This document shows positions 9,963 to 21,389 of a stretch of 64,000 nucleotides of DNA, one piece after another; position 1 is the stretch's first letter, and every line of letters begins with the position of its first letter. Origin of the DNA: Escherichia coli (lineage in GTDB: Bacteria; Pseudomonadota; Gammaproteobacteria; Enterobacterales; Enterobacteriaceae); the NCBI RefSeq assembly GCF_003790525.1, contig NZ_CP033635.1; one strand, 5' to 3'. The notes under the pieces were generated by a model that was not told the origin of the DNA, searched no databases, and was given only the letters and a program-made list of their open reading frames with translations. A program made the position numbers and the translations under genes.

Positions 9963-11267
9963 TTAACGATCCCAGTAAGACTCTTCCAGGCTGTCTTCAC
10001 GCTCCGGCAAGCCGCGCGTTAAACGAGGTGAATGCTGGTTCAGTACCTGATAGCTCACACGGTTAGCATATTTACACACCTGCGCTAACGATGAATAAGT
10101 TAACCAGGTGAATTTATGTTTGCTGGAGTTTGGTACGTTGCTACGGTGGTAGCTGTTGGCGGTAATGTCATGCAGCAACGCTGCCAGTGCGCCATCTCCT
10201 GCTCCGTTGGTATTCATGATTTTTTCCGGCCCGCCCATGTACGGCGCAATGTGCGAATAGACACGCAGCGGATTCTGGCAATCCTTGTGGCGCATGGCGC
10301 GGCTAAACTCATACTGGTTAAATTCCGCTATAGCACCCGGCAGCAGCGGATGCTGGGTTTTACGTTTCGCTTCGTCTTCGGTAAAGCCCGCCATATACAA
10401 GCCGATTGGCCCGGCGGTGCACAGCACCAGATCAACCCAGTCCAGCGCCTTGTCAGATGCCAACAACGGATCGCTTTCTCCGGTCAACGCTTCGGCTTCA
10501 TCTTCGTTCATCGCAAGGATAGAGACGTGGTCTTTGAGGAATTGCTGCCACCACTGCGGATTCTCGGCAATGACAAACTTGGTGCCCAGCGTCAGCACCA
10601 CCGGTACGTTATATTTCTTCGCGTACTCAATGGCTTTCATAGTTGCTTCCGGCATGGGTTCACCCGGCTTGCAACGCACCAGATAAGAGGTGAGAACCAG
10701 AGCCGAGGCTCCGGCAATCACATCTTCCGGAATACTTTCAGCCCGCAGCTGGTTCATGTGGCCGGGGCTGATAGCAAAGGTACGTTCCCCGGACTCGCCA
10801 ATCAGCGTAAAGCAACGACCAATCGGGCCATCCACGCCTTGTAGATAGTTAAGATCGGTACGGCTGGAGGTATTACACAGGTAACGATAGGCATAGCTGC
10901 CAATTTCAATATTGCTGCACATCACACCCAGCAGCACCGAACGGTCGTCCGCGAGCACCGAGTAGTTGTGCATGGTGTTGCCAATGGTGCCACCCGCAAA
11001 CTGATGGGTAATCAGGTTTTTCTGTTTTAGTTCCTGATAAAGCGCTTCGGCTACGTCATCCTCAATCACCAGTGAATGCCCGGCGCTTAATCCATAACGC
11101 TCAATGAATTCATCATCCACTTTCGCTTCAATATCGACCAGCGTTTGATCGATACCCACTACCCAGGCAGCGCTGGTTTCGTTTTCTGGCTGGAATTGCT
11201 GAAGCAGCGGATCGCGTGCATTTACGGGGAAGTAATGTTTGGATTTACGTTTACCGGGAAATTTCAT
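9963..11267 (-). CDS. gsk: Inosine-guanosine kinase Gsk (434 aa)
   Basis: ORF track 434 aa; PfkB-family sugar/nucleoside kinase sequence recognised. Confidence 0.93.
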   Translation of the reverse strand: MKFPGKRKSKHYFPVNARDPLLQQFQPENETSAAWVVGIDQTLVDIEAKVDDEFIERYGLSAGHSLVIEDDVAEALYQELKQKNLITHQFAGGTIGNTMHNYSVLADDRSVLLGVMCSNIEIGSYAYRYLCNTSSRTDLNYLQGVDGPIGRCFTLIGESGERTFAISPGHMNQLRAESIPEDVIAGASALVLTSYLVRCKPGEPMPEATMKAIEYAKKYNVPVVLTLGTKFVIAENPQWWQQFLKDHVSILAMNEDEAEALTGESDPLLASDKALDWVDLVLCTAGPIGLYMAGFTEDEAKRKTQHPLLPGAIAEFNQYEFSRAMRHKDCQNPLRVYSHIAPYMGGPEKIMNTNGAGDGALAALLHDITANSYHRSNVPNSSKHKFTWLTYSSLAQVCKYANRVSYQVLNQHSPRLTRGLPEREDSLEESYWDR

Positions 11268-11418
11268 GGTTGTTTTTACGGGTGGTTAACTGAGCGGCGA
11301 ATGTTAACACAATCTGACGGGAGCGCGCGAGATGCAGCCAGTTTCAATATCAGCAGGCGGGATCGCATTTTCATGGCAGTGGTTCCTTACAATGACGTAA
11401 TTTGAAAGGAGTTTTTGC

Positions 11419-12378
11419 ATGAAGCCGGAAAACAAATTACCCGTTCTGGACCTTATTTCTGCTGAAATGAAGACCGTTGTGAATACTCTTCAGCCGGATT
11501 TACCGCCCTGGCCCGCAACGGGAACGATTGCTGAGCAACGACAGTATTACACGCTTGAGCGCCGATTCTGGAATGCGGGCGCTCCAGAAATGGCAACCAG
11601 AGCTTACATGGTTCCAACAAAATATGGGCAGGTGGAAACACGTCTCTTTTGTCCGCAGCCAGATAGTCCGGCGACGCTATTTTATTTGCATGGCGGCGGT
11701 TTTATTCTCGGCAATCTCGATACCCACGATCGCATCATGCGCCTGCTGGCAAGCTACAGCCAATGTACGGTGATTGGCATTGATTACACCCTTTCACCTG
11801 AAGCGCGTTTTCCGCAAGCGATAGAGGAAATTGTGGCTGCCTGTTGTTATTTCCACCAGCAGGCGGAGGATTATCAAATCAATATGTCCCGCATTGGCTT
11901 TGCCGGTGATTCCGCAGGTGCCATGCTGGCGCTCGCCAGTGCGTTGTGGTTGCGTGATAAACAGATCGATTGCGGTAAAGTTGCGGGCGTTTTGCTGTGG
12001 TATGGGCTTTACGGATTACGGGATTCCGTGACTCGTCGTCTGTTGGGCGGTGTCTGGGATGGCTTAACGCAACAGGATTTACAGATGTATGAAGAGGCGT
12101 ATTTAAGCAACGACGCGGACCGCGAGTCGCCGTATTACTGCCTGTTTAATAATGATCTCACTCGCGAAGTCCCGCCCTGTTTTATTGCCGGGGCGGAGTT
12201 CGATCCGCTGCTGGATGACAGCCGTCTGCTTTACCAGACGTTAGCGGCGCATCAGCAGCCCTGCGAGTTCAAACTCTACCCAGGCACGCTGCACGCCTTT
12301 TTGCATTATTCACGGATGATGAAAACCGCCGACGAGGCTCTTCGCGACGGCGCTCAGTTCTTTACCGCTCAGCTTTAG
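11419..12378 (+). CDS. aes: Acetyl esterase Aes (319 aa), alpha/beta hydrolase
   Basis: ORF track 319 aa; HGGGF oxyanion motif and GDSAG nucleophile motif. Confidence 0.93.
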
Positions 12379-13337
12379 CGATACGCGGCAACAAGATTAG
12401 CCATCATTTCGATATGTTCTGGCGTGGCATTAAGCGCCGGAATATATTCATATTTTTTCCCGCCCGCACCGAGGAAGACCTCACGGTTTTGCTCGGCAAT
12501 CTCTTCCAGCGTCTCCAGACAATCCGCAGCAAAGCCCGGGCACATCACCTGAATATGACCTACGCCTTTTTCTCCGAGCATTTTCAGCGTTTCGTCGGTA
12601 TAAGGCATCAGCCAGGGTTCCCGCCCAAAGCGCGACTGAAAGGTCATCATCACTTTTTCCGGTGCCATCTCCAGTGCGGAAGCCAGTTCGCGAGTCGTTG
12701 TGCGGCAATGTTGCGGATAATCATCGCCTTCATCTGCATAACGCTGGGGAATGCCATGATAAGAGAGCAACAGCAGATCCGGTTCGCCATGTTTGGCAAA
12801 AGAAGCGCGTACGCTGTTCGCCAGTGCATTAATATAATCGTGGTTATCGGCGTAATCACGAATAAACGATATCCCCGGAATGCTACGTTTGCGCGCCAGA
12901 ATTCGCGCCAGTTCATCCCATACCGCACCGACAGTTGAACAGGAGTATTGCGGATAAAGCGGCAGCACCACAATATGATCTACATGCTCTGCCAGAAGTT
13001 CATCTACGGCGCTTTCCAGTGATGGCGAGCCGTAGCTCATTCCCAGCGCTACGGGCGTCTCCGGTAAACGTTGTGCCAGCGCCTGCTGTTGCTGGCGGCT
13101 GTAAACCATCAGCGGCGAGCCACCTTCCATCCAGACAGAGGCATACAGCTTCGCCACACGCGGCGAGCGCAGCGGCAAAATCACGCCGCGCAGCAACGGC
13201 CACCATAACAACCGTGAGGTATCAACCACGCGTCTGTCGCTTAAAAATTGTTTCAGATAGCGTTTTACCGCTTCAGGTGTGGGGGCATCGGGCGTACCCA
13301 GGTTTGCCAGCAGGATACCGGTTTTAGTCTGACGCAT
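12375..13337 (-). CDS. hemH: Ferrochelatase HemH (320 aa)
   Basis: ORF track 320 aa; ferrochelatase sequence recognised; 3' end overlaps the aes stop by 4 bp (convergent). Confidence 0.95.
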
Positions 13338-13468
13338 TACCGCCTCTTATCGATTCAACTTGTTGATAATTGTAGCGGAAAAGTGAAGAAGAAGAACTAA
13401 TTGCTGTGAGAGGTATTGCCTGAGGAGGATGAGCAGACCTGCCCGAAAGCAGATCTGCTGCGGCTTGA

Positions 13469-14185
<717 letters not shown>

Positions 14186-14249
14186 TCAAGAAAGGCACCT
14201 GGGGCTGAAACGGTTAATGGCGAGATAATTTGCGGAAAGTGCAGATGAT

Positions 14250-14288
14250 GAAAAGAAAAATGCCGGATGACACAAAGGTCATCCGGCA
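14250..14288 (-). terminator. Intrinsic terminator of htpG
   Basis: 11-bp stem TGCCGGATGAC/GTCATCCGGCA 6 nt after the htpG stop, followed on the transcribed strand by a T-rich run (TTTTTCTTTT). Confidence 0.65.
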
Positions 14289-14293
14289 TGACA

Positions 14294-16168
14294 TCAGGAA
14301 ACCAGCAGCTGGTTCATACGACGAATAAACAGGTTCGGATCTTCCAGCGTGCCGCGTTCTGCCAGCAGCGCCTGATCCAGCAGCAGTTCTACCCACTCGC
14401 TGAACTTGGCTTCATCTTCAGTATCTGCCGCACGTTTCACCAGTACGTGATCCGGGTTCAGTTCGAAGATGTATTTCACTTCCGGCACTTTCTGGCCCGC
14501 TGCGGCAAACAGTTTCGCTATCTGGGTGCTCATTTCGTCCGCGTCGGTAGAGACAATCGCTGGCGTATCGGTCAGACGGTGAGTCAGACGGACATCTTTC
14601 ACGCGCTCGCCGAGCAGGGCTTTCACACGGTCGATGAACGGAGTCAGTGCTTTCTCCGCTTCTTTCGCGCTCTCATCAACTTCGTCAGCCAGTTTTTCCA
14701 GCGACTCGTCAACTTTAGACACAGACTGGAACGGTTTACCGTCGAACTCAGTCAGATAGTTCATCATCCACTCATCGATGCGGTCGGAAAGCAGCAGAAC
14801 TTCGATGCCTTTCTTACGCAGCAGTTCCAGGTGCGGGCTGCTCTTCGCTGCCGCATAGCTGTCTGCGGTGATGTAGTAGATTTTCTCCTGCCCTTCTTTC
14901 ATGCGGGAAACGTAGTCTTCCAGAGATACGGTCTGCGCAGAAGAATCGGTATGGGTAGAAGCAAAACGCAGCAATTTGGCGATCGCTTCCTGGTTAGCGA
15001 AATCTTCCGCCGGACCTTCTTTCAGTACCAGGCCAAACTGTTGCCAGAAGGTCTGGTATTTTTCCGCGTCGTCTTTCGCCAGTTTTTCCAGCATTTGCAG
15101 CACACGCTTGGTCAGCGCATTGCGCAGGTTACGCGTTACCGTGCTGTCCTGGAGGATTTCACGGGAAACGTTCAGCGGCAGATCGCTGGAGTCAATCAGA
15201 CCACGCACGAAGCGCAGATAGTTCGGCATGAACTGTTCTGCGTCGTCCATGATGAACACACGCTGGACGTACAGTTTCAGTCCGTGTTTATGATCGCGGT
15301 TCCACATATCCCACGGAGCCTGGGACGGAATGTACAGCAGGCTGGTGTACTCCTGCTTACCTTCAACGCGGTTGTGGCTCCAGGTCAGCGGATCGTTAAA
15401 GTCGTGGGCGATGTGTTTGTAGAACTCTTTGTACTCTTCATCGGTGATTTCCGACTTGTTACGAGTCCACAGCGCCTGCGCTTTGTTGATTTTCTCCCAG
15501 GAGATAACGGTTTCGCCGTCTTTCTCTTCGCGTTTTTCGATCTCTACCGGCAGCGCGATATGGTCGGAGTATTTGCTGATGATGGAACGCACGCGCCAGT
15601 CATCGAGGAACTCGTCTTCGCCTTCACGCAGATGCAGGGTGATTTCAGTACCACGATCTTCTTTGGTGATATCGGCAACGGTGTATTCACCTTCGCCAGC
15701 CGATTCCCAGAAGACGCCATTTTCTGGTTTTTCGCCTGCCGCGCGAGTACGCACGGTCACTTTGTCGGCCACGATAAACGCAGAGTAGAAACCAACACCA
15801 AACTGACCGATCAGCTGGCTGTCTTTCGCCTGGTCAGAACCCAGGGATTCGAGGAATGATTTGGTGCCGGATTTAGCGATAGTCCCCAGATGGTCAATCA
15901 CTTCGTCGCGGGTCATCCCCACGCCGTTATCGGAGATGGTCAGCGTGCGCTTGTCTTTATCGAAAGAGACACGAACGCGCAGTTCGCCATCACCTTCGTA
16001 CAGGTCCGGGTTAGAGAGCGCGCGGAAACGCAGCTTGTCCGCCGCATCGGAGGCGTTAGAGATAAGCTCACGCAGGAAGATTTCTTTATTGGAATAGAGA
16101 GAATGGATCATCAGGTGCAGAAGCTGTTTCACTTCTGACTGAAAACCACGAGTTTCTTGTCCTTTCAT
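14294..16168 (-). CDS. htpG: Chaperone HtpG (Hsp90), 624 aa
   Basis: ORF track 624 aa; GHKL ATPase N-domain sequence recognised. Confidence 0.97.
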   Translation of the reverse strand: MKGQETRGFQSEVKQLLHLMIHSLYSNKEIFLRELISNASDAADKLRFRALSNPDLYEGDGELRVRVSFDKDKRTLTISDNGVGMTRDEVIDHLGTIAKSGTKSFLESLGSDQAKDSQLIGQFGVGFYSAFIVADKVTVRTRAAGEKPENGVFWESAGEGEYTVADITKEDRGTEITLHLREGEDEFLDDWRVRSIISKYSDHIALPVEIEKREEKDGETVISWEKINKAQALWTRNKSEITDEEYKEFYKHIAHDFNDPLTWSHNRVEGKQEYTSLLYIPSQAPWDMWNRDHKHGLKLYVQRVFIMDDAEQFMPNYLRFVRGLIDSSDLPLNVSREILQDSTVTRNLRNALTKRVLQMLEKLAKDDAEKYQTFWQQFGLVLKEGPAEDFANQEAIAKLLRFASTHTDSSAQTVSLEDYVSRMKEGQEKIYYITADSYAAAKSSPHLELLRKKGIEVLLLSDRIDEWMMNYLTEFDGKPFQSVSKVDESLEKLADEVDESAKEAEKALTPFIDRVKALLGERVKDVRLTHRLTDTPAIVSTDADEMSTQIAKLFAAAGQKVPEVKYIFELNPDHVLVKRAADTEDEAKFSEWVELLLDQALLAERGTLEDPNLFIRRMNQLLVS

Positions 16169-16217
16169 GTAGGTCTACCTCAATAATGCCATTTTAAGGT
16201 TAAAAACAGGATGAGGG

Positions 16218-16250
16218 AGAGATGGGGACAAGGGAGAATAATTTCAAGCG
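16218..16250 (-). promoter_or_regulatory. sigma32 heat-shock promoter of htpG
   Basis: Transcribed strand reads CTTGAAA-N14-CCCCATCT about 45 nt upstream of the htpG ATG; matches the sigma32 consensus. Confidence 0.65.
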
Positions 16251-16277
16251 AGAGCAGGTGATCCTGCTCTCGTTTGC

Positions 16278-16882
16278 TTAAAAACGAATCTTATGACGCC
16301 CGGCAAGGGAGTGTGACAGCGTGGTGCCATCGACCATTTCCAGTTCGCCGCCAACCGGTACGCCATGAGCGATTCGGCTGGCTTCCACGTCATATTGCGC
16401 ACAAAGCTCGGCAATGTAGTTAGCGGTAGCTTCACCTTCAACCGTGGGATTGGTGGCGAGGATCACTTCAGTGATTTTTTCCTCTGCCAGACGCTGTTCC
16501 AGACGATCAAGGCCGATATCATCCGGACCGATGCCGTCCAGCGGTGACAGATGCCCCATCAACACAAAATAACGACCTGAAAACTGCCCCGTCTGCTCAA
16601 TGGCGTAAATGTCCGCCGGACTCTCCACCACGCAGATTTGACCGTTTTCCTGACGACGCGGATTCGAACAGATGTTACAGACTTCCTGTTCGGTGAAGGT
16701 GCGGCAATCGGCGCAGTGGCCGATTTCCGACATCGCCCGGGTGAGCGCCTGCGCCAGACGCATCCCGCCGCTACGATCGCGCTGAAGCAGCGTGAACGCC
16801 ATACGCTGCGCCGACTTCGGGCCAACGCCCGGCAGACAGCGCAGTGCTTCCATAAGCTGTGTTAACAGCGGGCTGGTTTGCA

Positions 16883-16883
<1 letters not shown>
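16278..16883 (-). CDS. recR: Recombination protein RecR (201 aa)
   Basis: ORF track 201 aa; C4 zinc-finger (CxxC...CxxC) and Toprim-domain sequence. Confidence 0.95.
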
Positions 16884-17227
<344 letters not shown>

Positions 17228-17264
17228 TCACGTTAAGGATGACGAACGTAAGCTGTGCTTACGA

Positions 17265-19196
17265 TCAAATGGGGCGGATACTTTCTTCATCCAGCTCCGC
17301 ATCGAAGAATCGACGCAGGGTCTGAATATTATTATCCGCAATAATGGACTCGCGCGCCTGCGCAAGTTTTTCTTCGTATATCGCCTGACGCCATTCCAGC
17401 GGCGTACGCACCGCGGGATTATCATCTTCAACGATAGTCAGTTCAACCGTTGAACCTTTTAACGTGCTCAACGCTTCAGCCAGTTTTTGCTGTGCGCCGC
17501 GGTTGTTCAAATGCCGCTGAGAGGAGCGCAAATGCAGACATACTGCGTTGTCGCTCTCCTCTTTCCAGGCATTTAACGCCACCTGTTCGACCAGTTTTGG
17601 TAGCGAAAGTTGACTCACCTGAGCCGCCCACGGGTCGCGCTCAATGGCTTCTGCCGCCAGCTTCGCCGCCAGTTCCGGCGTTTTTTCATGTTCCAGCGCT
17701 TTTTTCAGCGCCTTCGGCGTGGCGACCACTTCTTTTTGCTGCATCACTGGAGTGGTCGCCTTCCAGCGATACGCTTCTTTTTTGGCTGGCGCTTTTTCCA
17801 GCGCCGATGGCACCGGGCGCGCCTGAACGCGATCGGTGACCGAAGCCAGTCTTTCCAGCGCAGCGTTATTCACCGGCCGCGCGCGGGTAGCGGCTGCCGG
17901 TTCACTCTTTTTTGCTTTGGTTGCTCCCTGCACGCGCTGCAACTGCTGGCGCGCCGCCAGCACCTGGCTGGTGGTTTCCGGGAGCGGTACAGTCGGTGCC
18001 TGCTGCGGCGCTGATTGCGGTTGCGGCGGCACCTGGGTTGGCGTCATTACTGCCGTTGGCGCAACGGGCGCAAAGGACTGGCGTGGCACTTCTGGCTCAG
18101 GCAGAGGCATACGCGGATGGAACGCCAGCGCGCGCAGCAGCGTCATCTCAACGCCCATGCGGCGGTCCGGCGCATACGGTAATTCTTTGCGACCAATCAA
18201 CAGCGTTTGATAGTAAAGCTGAATATCCGTCGGCGGTATGGTACGCGCCAGTTCACGCATCCGCAGCTCGATGGCGGCCATGTCGTTGCCAAGTGCAGCA
18301 GGCGAAAGTTGTACCATCGCAATACGATGCAACAAACCGAGCATTTCCACCAGCAACGCTTCCCACTCGATACCACGGGCAGCAGCTTCATTAATTAGCG
18401 CCATTACGCGCTCGCCGTTGGCCTCGACCATCGCTTCAACCAGCGACAACGCCTGATCGTCGTCAAGCGTACCCAGCATCGCACTGACGGCCTGGGTTGA
18501 AACCTGGCCGTCACCGCTGGCAATCGCCTGGTCGGTCAGACTTAAGGCATCTCGCAAGCTGCCTTCAGCGGCGCGCGCCAGTAATTGCAACGCCCGCGGC
18601 TCGTGAGCGATATGTTCTTCGTTGAGGATGTGCTCAAGCTGATGGCGAATTTGCTCGACATCCAGCGCCTTGAGATGGAATTGCAGACAGCGCGACAAAA
18701 TCGTCACCGGCAATTTCTGCGGATCGGTCGTCGCCAGCAGAAACTTAACGTGCTCCGGCGGCTCTTCAAGGGTTTTTAACAGTGCGTTAAAGCTGTGGCG
18801 CGACAGCATATGCACTTCGTCGATGAGATAAACTTTGAAACGACCACGCGCCGGAGCGTACTGGACGTTATCCAGCAGGTCGCGAGTGTCTTCAACTTTA
18901 GTACGCGAGGCGGCGTCGATTTCAATCAGATCGACAAAGCGCCCCTGCTCGATTTCACGACAGTTATCGCACACGCCGCACGGCGTCGCGGTAATGCCGG
19001 TTTCGCAGTTTAGCCCCTTCGCCAGCAGTCGGGCGATAGAGGTTTTTCCGACGCCACGGGTACCGGAAAAAAGATAAGCATGATGAATACGCCCTAACGA
19101 CAAGCCGTTCGCCAGTGCGGTCAGCACATGTTCCTGGCCGACGACGTCAGCAAAGGTTTGTGGGCGCCATTTTCGGGCTAAGACCTGATAACTCAT
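17265..19196 (-). CDS. dnaX: DNA polymerase III subunits tau (full length, 643 aa) and gamma (via frameshift)
   Basis: ORF track 643 aa; AAA+ Walker A GTRGVGKT; contains the known frameshift heptamer. Confidence 0.97.
   Translation of the reverse strand: MSYQVLARKWRPQTFADVVGQEHVLTALANGLSLGRIHHAYLFSGTRGVGKTSIARLLAKGLNCETGITATPCGVCDNCREIEQGRFVDLIEIDAASRTKVEDTRDLLDNVQYAPARGRFKVYLIDEVHMLSRHSFNALLKTLEEPPEHVKFLLATTDPQKLPVTILSRCLQFHLKALDVEQIRHQLEHILNEEHIAHEPRALQLLARAAEGSLRDALSLTDQAIASGDGQVSTQAVSAMLGTLDDDQALSLVEAMVEANGERVMALINEAAARGIEWEALLVEMLGLLHRIAMVQLSPAALGNDMAAIELRMRELARTIPPTDIQLYYQTLLIGRKELPYAPDRRMGVEMTLLRALAFHPRMPLPEPEVPRQSFAPVAPTAVMTPTQVPPQPQSAPQQAPTVPLPETTSQVLAARQQLQRVQGATKAKKSEPAAATRARPVNNAALERLASVTDRVQARPVPSALEKAPAKKEAYRWKATTPVMQQKEVVATPKALKKALEHEKTPELAAKLAAEAIERDPWAAQVSQLSLPKLVEQVALNAWKEESDNAVCLHLRSSQRHLNNRGAQQKLAEALSTLKGSTVELTIVEDDNPAVRTPLEWRQAIYEEKLAQARESIIADNNIQTLRRFFDAELDEESIRPI
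17907..17913 (-). other. dnaX: dnaX programmed -1 ribosomal frameshift heptamer (A AAA AAG) producing the gamma subunit
   Basis: Reverse complement of 17907-17913 is AAAAAAG, in register with dnaX codons 428-430 (AKKSEPAA context); GC-rich hairpin-capable sequence follows. Confidence 0.85.
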
Positions 19197-19324
19197 TGGC
19201 AGGCTCTGAAACGCTGGAAGGTGGATTCACGAGGGGGTAATGCTAACACAGCCCCGTCAGAACGGCGAGGCTGAATGCACATCTTGTGCTGTCCGTAGCG
19301 TGGGCAGCACAAGACTGGCGATAA

Positions 19325-19876
19325 TTAATGGCCCGGGAACGGGACAAGGCTGTAGCTGGTAATGCCCTGTTTTTCGAGACGCTGCTCGCCGCCGAGATCG
19401 AACAGGTTGATAATGAACGCAGCGTCAGCTACTTCACCACCCAGACGACGGATCAGTTTAACGGTCGCTTCGATAGTGCCGCCGGTTGCCAGCAGATCGT
19501 CCACCACCAGAACTTTGTCGCCCGGTTTGATGGCATCAACGTGGATTTCCAGCTGATCGGTGCCGTATTCCAGGTCGTAAGTTTCACTGATGGTTTCACG
19601 CGGCAGTTTGCCCGGTTTACGGACCGGTACAAAGCCAACGCCCAGACCCAGAGCTACCGGAGCGCCAAACAAGAAGCCACGCGCTTCGGTGCCGACAACT
19701 TTGGTAATGCCCGCATTTTTGTAACGCTCAACCAGCAAGTCGATGCTGAGAGCGTAAGCTTTCGGGTCTTCCAGTAAGCTGGTGACATCACGGAAAAGAA
19801 TGCCGGGTTTTGGGTAGTCCTGAATGCTTTTGATGCTATTTTTGAGATACTCAAGCTGCTGTGCAGTCGCGGTCAT
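19325..19876 (-). CDS. apt: Adenine phosphoribosyltransferase Apt (183 aa)
   Basis: Track ORF 201 aa; start taken as [16 protein letters not shown]; PRTase PRPP-binding motif [13 protein letters not shown]. Confidence 0.93.
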
Positions 19877-20028
19877 AAGTGTATGCCTGCTTGTTACGGT
19901 GGTACTCACGGCGCGTTTTAAACGTATCAAAAGTAACAGTTGTTTAACCTTTGACCGCCTGCGCCTGTGCTCGAAAACGCCAGAATGTACTGGCTGTACG
20001 CAATAATTGCAACTGCGATTGTTGTGCT

Positions 20029-20406
20029 TCAGTGCTTTTCTTGCTTTTCATCAATCACCGGAATTCGCCACATATAAAAAAGCAAACAGGCGAGAATTAC
20101 CAGCAACATGATGCGCACCCATGGCATCTGGACGAACCACAGAGAAATGGCAAACGTGAGCAAAATAAGCAAAATCGCCCGCGGTTTGACGCCGCGCGGC
20201 ATCGCATGATGTTTCTGCCAGAAACGTAGATAGCTGCCAAACCATGAGCGGTACAGCAACCAGGCGTGAAAGCGCGGGGAAGAACGGGCAAAGCACCAGG
20301 CCGCCAGCAGGATAAACGGCGTCGTCGGTAATACCGGTAATACCACGCCCAGCGTACCCAGCACTACCGCCAGCCAGCCAATGATGATTAAAATGATTCG
20401 TTGCAT
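20029..20406 (-). CDS. ybaN: Inner-membrane protein YbaN (DUF454), 125 aa
   Basis: ORF track 125 aa; hydrophobic, position upstream of apt as in E. coli. Confidence 0.85.
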
Positions 20407-20475
20407 ATTGAGTGTTGTCAGCTTACAGAGTTGCTACTTTAGCATAACAATTATCATTTTCATTGAGGTCTTATC

Positions 20476-21003
20476 GTGAAAACCGCCCTGCTGCTGGAAA
20501 AACTGGAAGGACAGCTCGCCACGCTGCGTCAGCGTTGTGCCCCGGTAGCGCAATTTGCCACGCTAAGTGCCCGTTTTGACAGGCACCTTTTTCAGACCCG
20601 TGCGACAACACTACAGGCTTGTCTCGATGAGGCGGGCGATAATCTGTCTGCGCTTCGTCATGCCGTTGAGCAACAGCAACTGCCGCAAGTGGCCTGGCTG
20701 GCGGAACATCTGGCGGCGCAACTGGAGGCTATAGCGCGTGAAGCCACAGCCTGGTCGCTACGCGAGTGGGACAGTGCGCCACCGAAAATTGCCCGCTGGC
20801 AGCGTAAACGTATTCAGCATCAGGATTTTGAGCGGCGGCTACGTGAGATGGTTGCCGAACGTCGAGCCCGCCTGGCGCGGGTGACCGATCTCGTGGAACA
20901 GCAAACGCTGCATCGTGAAGTGGAAGCCTATGAAGCGCGCCTGGCACGCTGCCGCCATGCGCTGGATAAAATCGAAAACAGGCTAGCGCGTTTAACCCGC
21001 TAG
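20476..21003 (+). CDS. priC: Primosomal replication protein PriC (175 aa), GTG start
   Basis: ORF track 175 aa starting at GTG 20476; PriC sequence recognised; divergent from ybaN. Confidence 0.88.
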   Translation: MKTALLLEKLEGQLATLRQRCAPVAQFATLSARFDRHLFQTRATTLQACLDEAGDNLSALRHAVEQQQLPQVAWLAEHLAAQLEAIAREATAWSLREWDSAPPKIARWQRKRIQHQDFERRLREMVAERRARLARVTDLVEQQTLHREVEAYEARLARCRHALDKIENRLARLTR

Positions 21004-21016
21004 CAATGGAGAAAGT

Positions 21017-21178
21017 ATGTCACTGGAAAATGCCCCTGACGATGTCAAACTGGCTGTCGATTTGATTGTACTGCTGGAAGAAAATCAGATCCCAGCCCGC
21101 ACCGTGCTGCGCGCGCTGGATATTGTAAAGCGTGATTATGAAAAGAAGTTACAGAGCGATGATGAGGCGGAAAAGTGA
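21017..21178 (+). CDS. ybaM: Small protein YbaM (DUF2496), 53 aa
   Basis: ATG 21017 to TGA 21176-21178, 13 nt after the priC stop; translation [53 protein letters not shown]; below the ORF-track size cut-off. Confidence 0.75.
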   Translation: MSLENAPDDVKLAVDLIVLLEENQIPARTVLRALDIVKRDYEKKLQSDDEAEK

Positions 21179-21229
21179 GAAATAAATGGGGTCGCTAAAT
21201 GTCCCCTAAGATTGCGGGCAAACGCAAAA

Positions 21230-21332
21230 CTGCCTGATGCGCTACGCTTATCAGGCCTACACCGCTCCTGCAATATATTGAATTCTTGCGGTTTCGTAGG
21301 CCGGATAAGGCGGTCACGCCGCATCCGGCATG
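21230..21332. repeat. REP/BIME cluster between convergent ybaM and mscK
   Basis: TGCCTGATGCGCTACGCTTATCAGGCCTAC and GTAGGCCGGATAAGGCGGTCACGCCGCATCCGGCA REP units. Confidence 0.8.
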
Positions 21333-21389
21333 AACAACGCGCACTTTGTCAGTAATCTCGGGGCAACTAAATGTCGCCCCCTTTGGTTA

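Noticed and set aside
14267-15859. 530-aa ORF on the plus strand, antisense to most of htpG
   Set aside because: Phe/Arg/Val-rich low-complexity translation with no SD or promoter context; it is the stop-free shadow frame expected opposite a highly expressed, Glu/Lys-rich gene with strong codon bias.
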